DNA of 53,746 nucleotides. Source: Seison nebaliae (Eukaryota). Every line of letters begins with the position of its first letter. The first letter of the stretch is position 1. The notes below the pieces were generated by a model. It did not search any database, was not told the origin of the DNA, and worked only from the letters and a program-made list of their open reading frames with translations. Location: the NCBI GenBank assembly GCA_023231475.1, contig JALJEE010001537.1, positions 1 to 53,746 on the forward strand, written 5' to 3'. Positions 1 to 11,900 of the stretch are shown here, one piece after another. Both the position numbers and the translations under genes were made by a program.

Positions 1-225
1 CACCCATTCCGTCTTCACATACACTGTCAGATATTACCGGTTATCTCCAAACATTTCTGTAACCGATCTTAAGAATTTCATCTCAACATACGATTCCACC
101 TCAACTCTACCTATTAACCGCGATTCCCTCAATCAATTACGCCTTTTTATTGATACAGAGGATGATTTTTTTTCTCTTTTTTCATGCTTATCCCCATGGG
201 AATTTTAACCAATAAATAAAAAAAA
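1..225 (+). mobile_element. 3' end of a non-LTR (LINE) retrotransposon: ORF2 C-terminus, AATAAA and A-rich tail (5' part outside window)
   Basis: Open frame 2..208 (THSVFTYTVRYYRLSPNISVTDLKNFISTYDS...FSCLSPWEF*) aligns by eye with the LINE C-terminal ORF near 52.85-52.95 kb (RSILGHVRDYYDIRASSTSSEFKNFIYNFSS). It is followed by aataaataaaaaaaa. Confidence 0.6.
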
Positions 226-1060
226 TATTAATTATCAACAATTTATTTAGATAATATTATTATGTTATTAACTTCATTTCTCCAACTTCCACCACATACA
301 AACAAATATAATCAATTCCTTCGTCAAACATTTCCATCATGAATCATTCAATGAATTTCATCCCGTTTTTTCTCATTATTTCCCATCTAAAAACCGAACA
401 GAATTTAGAATTAATTTAAATTAAGATGGAAACTTTAATAAAGACTTTAATTGAAAATTAATTATTTTAATGTCGATTACACATGTAAATGATTGTGAAA
501 AAGAAAATTAGTGAAACGTTTTCGATAATTGGAAAATAAAGGAATTATCAATTTCTTCACGTCAACTCTTTAAATAACTTTAGATAATGTTCTTCCAGAA
601 TTTATGTTATTTTATAAAGTGAGAATTGTTGATACATTGACAATATGAGAATGATGTTATTAATAGGACGATAAACGGGATAAGCCAGTGAGAAAAGGAT
701 ATATTATATAGATTATTTAAGCTTTACCCTATGGGGATTGCGCGTCTTAAAAAAAAAGTTTATTACCCATTTAATTTTTAAGAAGGAAGAATTCTTAAAA
801 ACTTTCAGTTGTTTAACAATTCAAAAAAAATATATAAATATTCATCAAAAATAAATAAGAGATATTGAAAATGAATTTAATTTTGAAATGGAATTAAAAT
901 GGAATTCAATTGATGATTTTTAATGGAAGAAGAGGTCAAAGTAATTTGAGAAATAGAATGTGAAATGGACTAGACGATTTGAAAGAAATAAAATTTTCTT
1001 CTTCCTCTTCTCTAACATTTTCATTAATCCCAATTGAAGGGAATAAAAACGATTGAGAAT

Positions 1061-1516
1061 TTACTTAATGGAAGTTTTCTTCAAATTCTCATGAACTTTC
1101 GGATTGACGTCCATCACCATTTTCAAGAGATGTTGAAGAACGAGATCTTTGTTCTGTTTCACTTTTCCATTTAATTCTTCTATTTGCTCATCTGTCTTTT
1201 TCTCGATATCTTGTGCTTCCGATCCTTCAGTTTTATTCATCTATCGATTGGAGAAGAATTTGAAGGAATGAATTTAAAAGGAAATGTTCAACTTGAATCT
1301 TCATATTCTGATACTTTTTCTCCCATTCATTCTTAAAATCTTGGATGTCTTTCTCTGCTTCCGTTTTCGCTTCTCTCAATTTCTTTTGTTTTCCTTTTAA
1401 AATAATTTCAATTAATCTCAAATTTATTTCCAACTATTTCTCGCATCGGATATCTTTTCCGCTGCTTTTCTTTCCGCCGCCATCAATTGATTGATACCAA
1501 AATTCTGATTATTCAT
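1061..1516 (-). CDS. ATP6V1G: V-type proton ATPase subunit G (3 exons; introns 1394-1434 and 1241-1292)
   Basis: Spliced product MNNQNFGINQLMAAERKAAEKISDARNRKQKKLREAKTEAEKDI...VLQHLLKMVMDVNPKVHENL matches the V-ATPase G hallmarks (GIQQLLAAEKRAAEKVxEARKRK; C-terminal PELHEN). Confidence 0.93.
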
Positions 1517-2163
1517 TCTTCTTCTAATGATGATAAATGTGACTTTTTTTTAATTGTTTAATGAAAAGAATAATTGGACGAATATCAATATATATATAAC
1601 AAATAATTGATTATACAATGATTCATCCAACCGACAATCGTCATTCTAATTAAGGAAGATATTTCTAAACTTTTCAAATGTTCAGCTTCAACTTTCACTA
1701 ATATTCATTTACCATAATCTAACAATATTTCATGAGGAAATATAATTTGACAATTTTAGAAGAAAATGTTTATTGAAACAATTCTTCTTTAAATTTTTTA
1801 TAAGAAATGACAATTTGAATTTTGGGTAAAAGTCTCTCCTTTGACTTGTAATAAAATACATTTTTTTCTCCTGAAAATCAACTTATAATTCTATTCAGAT
1901 ATTCAGTTACAGAATAATTAATTCTATACAGAGAATAATTTATTTCATAATCTGTTCAACATGCGAAGGAAGATAAATGAGCGGAGCTTCAGTTGGTTTT
2001 CGGTGGAAAAGATAGAGGGAAAACTAATACAATAAAATAATAGACCGGAGAATGAATTACATGAATAAAAAAAAAGGAAGATATAAGTTAATTGCATCAA
2101 CTAATAGAAAACGAATTGAAATTATGAGATGCAAAAATATGTGGATTGACATCAATGTCTGTG

Positions 2164-2167
<4 letters not shown>

Positions 2168-2195
<28 letters not shown>
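2168..2195. repeat. (TG)n microsatellite
   Basis: Uninterrupted TG run, seen directly. Confidence 0.95.
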
Positions 2196-2197
<2 letters not shown>

Positions 2198-2397
2198 AAC
2201 ATGATTATCTTTCAATATGTTGGAAGATGATCAGGATGAGTAAATTAATGTACAAAAAAAGGTAAAATTCATACGGAAGTAAAAGGAACAAGTCGTTTAA
2301 TAATTTGTCTATAAAAAAAGGAGAAGGATGTCATTTGATTTGATTTGATTTGTTTGTTGTGGAAGACAACATTGATGGGAATACCTTCAACTCTAAA

Positions 2398-3238
2398 CTA
2401 ATCGTCATTCTTTTCCTTCTTCTCCTTATCTATGAATAAGAGAGGAAACATTCCGATGACACATCCGAAGGCGATACAAAGTGCTCTCGCCTATAAAACC
2501 AGTATGAGAATAGAAAGAAGAATTAAAACTAACAATATTGGAGACACTTCGAGTAATTGGCATATTCCATTGTTTAGCGTCTAATTCTGGTGCTTCAATT
2601 CCAAATTTGGATGTCGTCGTTTCTACATAATGTGTTAATCCCATTCCAGCGACATCACTAACTAAGTTACCCAATCCAGCGGCTAAATTAGAAGAAAAAA
2701 ATTAATTGAATTTAAAAATTATTTCTCACCTGCCATCGTCGATAAACAAAGCATCGCTCCTAAATGTGTATCGATAGCATCACCCTAAACAAGAGATGGT
2801 GAGACATTTGAATAAAATGGAAAATAAACGGCAATTATCATAATGAAATTGTCAATGAAGCCGAACCCGATATAAGGTAAACCGGAATGTAATGCAACTA
2901 AATTATAAATTATGAATTGTTGAAGGAATGAGAGAGAAAGAAATGGAGAAACCTGCTTTCAATTGTTGAAAAGATGGACGATTCTCAGCTACCACATTAT
3001 CTTTTCCAATTAATTTTAATTCATGAAGCAATGCATGTCTTTCTTCTTCAGTTAATCGAAGAACGAAATGTCGAGCATGTTCCGCTGCTGGAATACCTTC
3101 AGACGCATCATGATAATCATGAAGATTTGTGAGCCGTTTATAATATTTGGAAGTGGAGAATGATCGATAGTTCATAAAAGATGACAATTGGTGGAAACGT
3201 TGGGAATTGTTAATAAGGTAACGGAATTTTAATAACAT
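2398..3238 (-). CDS. TMEM65: Transmembrane protein 65 (5 exons; introns 2898-2952, 2785-2829, 2683-2729, 2491-2533)
   Basis: Spliced product contains PYIGFGFIDNFIMIIAGDAIDTHLG...STMAAAGLGNLVSDVAGMG and GCVIGMFPLLF, diagnostic of TMEM65. The basic, Ser-rich N-terminus resembles a mitochondrial presequence. Confidence 0.92.
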
Positions 3239-4399
3239 TTTTACCGATAATCAAAATATTTCTTGCCTTTCAGAGGTAGTTGTTGTTGATATTCATGAAA
3301 ATTTGGTGGTGACGAATTAATTTTGATAAAATTTCCCGTTAACTCTATTCGATTTATTTCATTTCATCTCATATCTCTTCTCACTCATCAAATCAATTGA
3401 TCTGGAAATAATATATTCATTTTTTATATGAATTTATATAATCATCATATTATTTCAATTGTATTTCAATCATATTTCATAGGGAAAAAATTGAATCATT
3501 CACATTGAAAAAAGAAGTTGCTAATAAGATGAAATTTGTAGAAAGAAAAAAAGGAAATGTTTTTCTCATTCAAATTTCTCATCCTGTCTTAGTTAATGAT
3601 ATGAAAGTGAAGAAGAAGAATTTTGATAAATTCATCTTTAGAATAACTTTATTCGATTGTGCCACTGACTCTCTTAACACTTCAACAAACAAGTCATACA
3701 TATACCGAATTAGAGAAAGATATACGAAGGATAAAATTGAAAGAGAAAATTCTATTAGTTAAACTGAAGAGGAAATAAGGTGAAGAATGTCCGAAAAGAC
3801 AATTCTCACATATACCTATAGATTTATATATTTATATATATATATGTATATATTATTGAGCAATAATAGCCAAGTGAGATTACATAGAAAAACATAAAAT
3901 TTATTGTCAAATTAATTTTAATTTGGGGAAAGATGGTTTGATAAATAAACTGTTGGATTGTTCTGAATGGGAAGTGTATCATGGACGAATAAGATGAAAT
4001 AGGTTGAGAAAAAAAAATTAATAATTTGAAATTAACAACACAAAAATTAAAATTTTGTTCGATGTTCAGTTCGACTAGAAATTTGAAAAAATTCTATTAT
4101 CTCTTTTAGATATGGGAGAAATTCGGGAAATTTGAATTAATTTCTTCAACGGAAACAATGATTCAGAAGATTACTTTTTTTTAACAATACGAAATTGAAA
4201 AACGTTAAATTTCATTTGAAGAATTTGAGAATTTTTTTTCTAAAATTTCCTTGAACAATTTTCTTTTTCTTTTCAATCAAGTCGTTAAAGAATGGAGTTA
4301 TATTGTAAAGTGTGTGAATGTGAATTGGAGAAAGAAGATAATTTCTAACATTGATGACATTCCCATATAGATTTAGATAATATTTCTCATTTTAGTATA

Positions 4400-5804
4400 A
4401 TGAATCGAAGTGAAGTTGCGAAGAAGTGTTTAGTGCAGTCGTTTTTGACTTATTTGAAGAAGGAAGCGGATGGATGGACAGGAGAAGCGATACAGAAGAA
4501 AGAAGGAATGGAAATCGTTTGTGAATGTTTAGAATCGGCTTTCCTTCACGAGACTACATCGATTCAAGTGAAGGATGTGGATCTTTTAGATTTAGTGGAG
4601 AAGAATATGAAATTGAATGAGAATATTCCCTCAAACAATATGGAGAGAGCAGAAGAATTGAAATTGGAAGGAAATCAATTGATCAAAGAAGGAAGATTGA
4701 TGGAAGCGATTGGGAAATATGATGAAGCAATTAAATTGAATCCAACTAGTGCAATATTTTATTATAATCGATCAGTCGCTCATGCAAGAAATGGTGATGA
4801 AATAAAAGCGATTGATGATGCTAAAGAATCATTATGTTTAAATCCATTATATGCAAAAGCTTATGCTCGATTAGGAGCATCTTGTTTCAATTTGAATCGA
4901 TTCTCTGAAGCAATTGATGCTTATACAAAAGCATGTGAATTAGATCCAATGAATGAAAGTTATAAAAGTAATTTGACATTATCACAACAAAATAATGCAC
5001 AACAACAACAACAACAATTTCCGAATAATGCTGGAGCACCAGATGGTGGTGCAACACCAAATGTACCAGTATAATTTTTGTTTAAATTATTTTGAATAAT
5101 ATTTCTTTTTTTTTCTTTCTTTCTCTTCAAAGGATTTATCTCAAATATTAAATAATGATAATATTATTAATATGGCAGCAACGATGTTACAAGATCAAAA
5201 TATGCAATCAGCGTTTCTTCTATCATTCTCCTTTTTTTTCTTTCATTCATTATCTTTTTTAATAATTATATATTAATTTTAGAATGACCAATTTAATGAC
5301 ATCTTTCACTCAAAATCATAATCAACAACAACAACAACAACAACAACAACAACCACCACCACCACAACAACAACAACAACAACAACAACAACCAGAAGGT
5401 TTAAATAATAATAATACGGAGAATGCTGGAAATGTGAATGGTTCGAATACTAATGCATCGAATGAACAATCAACTTCCGATCCAATGTCTCAATTCTTTG
5501 CAGCGTTATAATTTTTATAAATTTAATTTAATAATCATAATTTTCATTCAATTATTTATTCATTAGTGGTCGAACAATGATGCAACAATTGTATCAAACT
5601 AATCCGGAATTAATTAATGATTTCCATAATATTTTCCGTCCATCAAACCAAAACGGTTCATCTCCAAACAATAACAACAATAACGATGCGAATAATAATA
5701 ATAATAATAATAATGATGATAATAATAATAATGGGCCGAATTATTGTTTTTATTTAAATTTTATTTAATTTATTTAATTCTTTTTCTTTTCAATAGTCTC
5801 ATGA
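4400..5804 (+). CDS. SGTA: Small glutamine-rich TPR co-chaperone SGT (5 exons; introns ~5069-5132, 5213-5282, 5505-5566, 5746-5796)
   Basis: N-terminal dimerisation motif (EGMEIVCECLESAF), three TPRs (AEELKLEGNQL...YAKAYARLG...KACELDPMNESYKSNL) and a Met/Gln-rich STI1-like C-terminus. The last intron and stop (PNYFS*) are less certain; the alternative stop is at 5768. Confidence 0.88.
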
Positions 5805-6023
5805 ATGAAATGAAGAATGAACGAACATGTTTTACTCCATCAACTCTCCAAATAGACCAATGGCACAACATGATAAACTTAAATGGATTTGAATTCTTTA
5901 AATTTTGAAGAATAAAGTAAATTAAAATTTTCTTATTTTCATCATAAAACCAAAAATTTTTCTTTTATTAATTTAGTGTTTTGAATTTAATTTCATCTGT
6001 CTTTTCTAATTTCATCGAACGAT

Positions 6024-8435
6024 TCAAATTAAATTAACTTCCCTCGGAATTATGTGATATGTGGCCGCTTTCAATTTGGAAATTGATGGTATCTTCATAA
6101 CACTCTCCAATTGAGTAAGTCTATAAAAGGGAAGGAAATTTGAAATTGAAAATATTTAGATGAATATTTAGATGAATTGATGGAAAGAAGAAAATTAACG
6201 GTTCTTCTGTAGGAATCGTTTCATTCAAGATATTTTCTCGTTCGATATTTGCTTGTTCTCGAAGTACCTGATAATTGGGTGTCATTTTCCAATGATAATA
6301 AAATTCGATTAATTCTTTTGTACATCTCCATGGTAACTGGAAATTATAAATAAATAAATTATTTATTATAAAAAAAGAAAAAAGAAACTAACAAATTCTT
6401 TTTGAATTTGATGAAATGCTTTCGCATGAGTTAATAAACCTTTTTTATACAGTTCGATATCATACGTCGTCCACGGTATATTCAATTTATAACCAGAATA
6501 TTTCATTTCTTCATTATTCAACTCGAAATCGAATTGACGCAAATCAGTCGAATATGATCGTTTCTTCTCTCGATACTCTTGAATTGATTTGAGACTTTCC
6601 TTATCGAATTGTTTCACAAATTTATCGTTAGAGACGAAAATGGAACGAAGAGGGAGATGAGGAATGTCTAGAATATCAATTAATCGTTCATGTTTCAATT
6701 TGATGACGGGTGAATGAAGATTGAGATATTGTTTCGTCATTAAATTAAATATCTTTCCATAACGAATCACCAAATCCATAGCATTCACATAATTGAATTG
6801 ACATCTCATTAGAATATATAAAGTAAATTCATCATCATGATCATATTCCTCACAACTTGAAAATTTACGTTGAGACATATCCGATAATGAATCGATTTTC
6901 CCATTCACAAATCGTTCGAGTTGTCGATCAATGTTCAACTCTTGAAACTTTCTTTCTTCATATTTCCCTCGTCGATATACATTATCGATAATTTGTGAAT
7001 TACCGAAATAATTGGAGGAAATGGTGAGGAAAGAATTGAGCATTCTTTTATCTTTATTCATTTCATGAGAACCATCCCATAACAACCAATCATTCTTTGT
7101 GGGATTATTAGAATAATCAATGGGAATATGAAGAAAACGACCCGAATCAAATGTCGAAACAATTGGTTGTAATGCTAAATTATTTTTGATAGTTTCACCT
7201 TTACTTCGTTCCAATTTCTCTAATTTCACATTTGTCGTTTGAAATTTTGGAATAATTGCCTGATGTTCATGTCCAATCGATGTATAATTACGCCAATTTG
7301 GTTGATAATTTCGATCCTCTTTCTTACCATCCAACATCTCTTGATAGAAGTCACGTAAAGAAATTTTCTTTTTCTTCTTATTTATTTTAGTTCGACTTTC
7401 ATTCTTTTCCTCATTCGATGACGACGAAGGTGATGAATCAGATGAAATTATAATACAATCATTATTCTCTCGTTTCATTGATTGATCTTTATTCTGAAGA
7501 ATCTGTTTTCGTGTTCGAAGTACTCGTGGTTTGTCTTGTTCTTCTTCTGATTTATTTTCAAGTGTATCATCTGAATTAATAATCATAATATCTGTATCAC
7601 TATCATCATTGAGAGTCTTGAGAGTTTTGAGACGATTATATTTATCTTTGGAAATTGGTAAATATTCAGGAAGAGGAGAAATTGTATCAATTCCATCGTA
7701 TTGTTTCTTCAAATCATCTACCGACATTTTGAGATCTGCTTCCAAATTATTCAATTCATCTGCCATATTCCAATCATCACAATTCTCCTGAAAATATTCT
7801 TGTTCGTCTAATGTACTCTCATTATCATCAAGATGAGATGGTTGGAAATCTGGATTATAATCTTCATCATTATCAGATATTATTATTTCTTCATCAATTT
7901 CTTTTTTGTCAATTGGATGAACAAATTTCTTCTTTTTTTCCTTTTCATTCACATTCATCTTTCCTTTATCATCAACTTTCTTTCCAATATAATTTCCTAT
8001 CAGATTTTTATCATCAGAAATCGTTTTTATCTTTCCATTCATCTTCACACTTTTCTTCCCAATAGAATCATTTCTTCCATTTATCATTATCGATTCTCCA
8101 ACTTCATCATCGATTGACAAAACATTTTTCTCATTTTCAATTATTATATCGTCATCATCGTCAATGATCAAATCATCATCAATATCATTAAGCATGAAAA
8201 TTTTCTTAAACCGTTTTCGTTTGTCTTTCACCGATCCGATTTGATCGTGTATAATTATTCTCTTCAACTTATTCACCGATTTGGGTACTGGTGAAGATGT
8301 TAGGAGAATATTCTGTGTATCGTTAAATGTGGACAGGTCACCTTGGATCTCTTTTAAGAAATGTTGTCTCTTTTCCGAAGTATATTTATGATCAATGAAA
8401 GAATTGGGATCATTCTCTTCATTGAAATTTCTCAT
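6024..8435 (-). CDS. MIER-family ELM2-SANT transcriptional co-repressor (introns 6337-6392 and probably 6121-6199; 3' end approximate)
   Basis: Acidic MIER motif (ELNNLEADLKMSVDDLKKQY), ELM2 start (WRNYTSIGHEHQAIIP; LLWDG), and a SANT domain completed across the intron (PWTTYDIELYKKGLLTHAKAFHQIQKEF|LPWRCTKELIEFYYHWKMT). Confidence 0.8.
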
Positions 8436-8986
8436 GACTTAATCAGAAAAAATAAATGAGAACAAAATTGAAATAATTTTGAAAGCCAAAAGAAATTTTT
8501 AAAAATGACGCGAAACTAAGTGAATAGACTAATGATTTGAATTTTTAATAATTTAAATATTATCTTCTCTCCTTCATTCCAAATCTATCTTCAAATTCAT
8601 TCTTAATTCCAGCGTAACTTTTAAATGTTGGAAGAAGATGTTTATTCTCATTCTTCCAAATTCAAATTTAATTTGAAGAGAATCGAATGTAATATTTGAC
8701 GATTTCATAATTTGAATATTTCCCATTTGACACGAGAGAAAATGTGAAAAATATTTAACTAAATAAAACGTTTCTTATTTCGTTTATTGACGAGAGAGAT
8801 ACTTTAAAATGAAATAGAGATATTCAGTGGAAATCTGTCAAATTTTTTATTCGGCCATTTACATTTAAATGTTTTTTTTTTTTTTGAATAAAAATATAAT
8901 TTTGATATCTCTCTTAAAATCATTTAAATTTCCACTTGTTCTACTATAAAAGAAAATAAGAAAAATTTAGTGGAATTTGAAAAGAA

Positions 8987-11900
8987 ATGAAAAACATTTG
9001 TGAAATGATCTTAACGATCATCGGAATCATTATCATGATGATAAGTAGCATCGAATTAAGATGGTGCGATCAATCATCATATGGGGTAGTTTTTCAAGAT
9101 AAGTTTCTAATAGATTCTAATGGTACAATTTGGCCATTATGGCCGAATCATCGTCAAGTTTTAACGGTGAAAAATAAATTGAATCTTTATAAAGTTTATG
9201 ATAAATATAATACAAATATATTCGACGTATTCATTCAATTGGCATCAGATGATTTATCTGGAATTATTATGCATCATACGAAACGGTTATTCATCAAACG
9301 AAAGTATGAGAACTCATCATTGGAAATCTTACCACCTTATGCAAATCAGAAGAACGATTTCTTAATATCTTATGATGGAATTAGATTCGTATTTAAAATG
9401 GAAAATTATTCCATCGCATTTCATCCAATCGCTCAATTCATTGAGATCGTATTGAAGAAAGAAGTGTTTGACAATGATGAATTGAAATCGGGAAATTTAT
9501 TAGGAAAGAAAATGAAACCGTTTAAATTATCATTAAGTAATGTTATGAGGAAGAAATTGAGAAATCGATCGAATTGTCATACATTAAAGAATCGATATGT
9601 TTCTTGTTTACAAAAAGAAGAGATTGATATAATTCAAAAGATTTGTGATGATGAAATCATTTGTGATTTGATGCAATTTATAGATGTTCTCTGTTATCGA
9701 ATGGAACGTCGTATTAATATCAATGTTTCTGATTTATCATGTTTAAATAATTCGATTGTTGATTATAATTTCTATTCACGTTCATGTGAATCGACGAATA
9801 TTGAAACGAAACATTTCGATAGTACACCATATCGAAGTTGTATAAATATAAATGATCGATGGAATGGATATGGATGTTCACCATCTCACCAATGTGGTTG
9901 TTTAGACACATTGACAAATATTTATCATAAAAACAATGAAATTTGGATATCGTCATCTTGTGATCGATTATGCATTTGTCGAAATGATTCAATGATTTGC
10001 AAAGAAAAAAGATGTTCATCAACTGATTCCAAATGTATCATTCGAAATCATCAATATGATTGTGTGTGCAACGATTCACGTCAAATAAGACGGAATGATA
10101 TTTGTATTTTCGAGAATATTTGTATAAGTGAACCGTGCAAGAATGGTGGTAAATGTATCTCATTGGAGAATGGTAAGAATTATATTTGTGAATGTTTAGG
10201 ACAATATTCAGGTGAGAATTGTCAGATGAAAATTAACGAATGTATCCTCTTCTCCAATCGACATATTCTTGTGAATGAAATGTATTTATTCTCAGTTTAT
10301 AACAATCGTACTTATATCATTTATTCGATTGATGGAATGAAATATAATGATGAAAATTATGATAATTCTCAACAAACCATTTTATTCCAAACTTCCATTG
10401 AGAAATCGTTCATTCAAATTCAATTAAATTTAACATCCATCTATCAAACGATAACAGAGAAGGAAAGAAATATGTTGAGTAATTTTAACATCGAAATGAT
10501 CGATAATGATTGTCTCGTTGTTATTCATATTGATCATCAATATCAAATTCTTATCAATAACATTTCATATTTACTGCCAATAAAAAGTGTTGACTTCTTA
10601 TTCAAAATCATCTATGATGGTTATGCTATTCGTGTGAATGTCGTTCCCAATAATCTGAAGATAATTTGGCGGAAGAATGAATTTCTTTCAATTGAAACAT
10701 TACAAGATAAATATCGATCGAACGGTTTATGTTTCGATAAAAATAATCCAATATATTGGCAAAAGAAAACATTAGATTATAAAAGTTTAGTTGATGAGCT
10801 CGTTCAATTGTATGGGAAAGAGTTGTCGTTAGCGAAACAAATGGAGAAAATTGTTCGAACGAAGAAAGATACATTTAAAAATATTTTCTATAAATTCCGA
10901 TTCTATTTTAAGAACTCACAAAAATATTTCAATTGGTTACTTCATTATCAAGTAGACGATTATGAATTGACACCATATCAATATATTTCAAATTGGCCAT
11001 CAACTAATGAAACTTTCCGAACAATATTAAATATTAGATATTTACATTGGGAGATTTTAGCAAAGAAATCGATATTTTATAACAATTGTGTATATCCATT
11101 GATAGATGTTATTGGGAATTTGAAGGAATTGCCTAATTGGAAATATAAGATCAATTGGTTAATTCGAATGCAATTATTTGATATCTTCAATTTGAATGAT
11201 GTCAGTTGTTCAGCCTTTCTTTGTCAGAATATCGAACGACTTCTCTATCATATTGGCATCGATTTCCGAAATCGTCTTTTCACTTCCGCCAATACTTTAT
11301 CAGAACAACAAACGATATTTGAAGAATATCGAAAGATAGTTTATATGTCGGTGAAGAATTGTGAAATGAAAAGATTATGTCGAAGTAATGGTGATGTAAA
11401 AATTGTAGATCGTCTTCCCATCTCTTGTGGAGAGAGGATTGGAGAAGATATTTCTAAATCGATTTCCAAATTTACTTGTCCATGTGAAGAGAATCATTAT
11501 CTTTCTCACACTTTTTGCATTCGACCACCAACTTGTGGTTGTGTTGACAATTTTGGAGTACATCATCAATTACAAGAAGTTTGGACGACGAAGAATTGTC
11601 AATCATATTGTCATTGTGCTCAGAATAATCAAATTGTTTGTGAAAATGGAACACAATCGAATCAATTGAGAAGTTGCTTCAAATTGGCAGATAATAGTGA
11701 AACTGGAGAATGTAAAATTGGTGAAGATCATCGATGGAGTTGTGAATGCAAATATGGATATTCCAGAAATTTTCGTTCGTCTCAATGTCATAGAATTAAC
11801 GTAGAATTAGGAGATAAAAGTGATGAATTGAAATGTACTGATACTATTTGTTTGAATGGGGGAAAATGTCAAATTGATAATAAATATCGAGAATGGTGTT

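Noticed and set aside
720..757. ccctatgggg followed by an A-run, a possible third LINE tail
   Set aside because: Similarity to the CATGGG 3' motif is too short to support.
3272..3293. let-7-like GAGGTAGT seed
   Set aside because: The rest of the mature sequence does not match and no hairpin partner was found.
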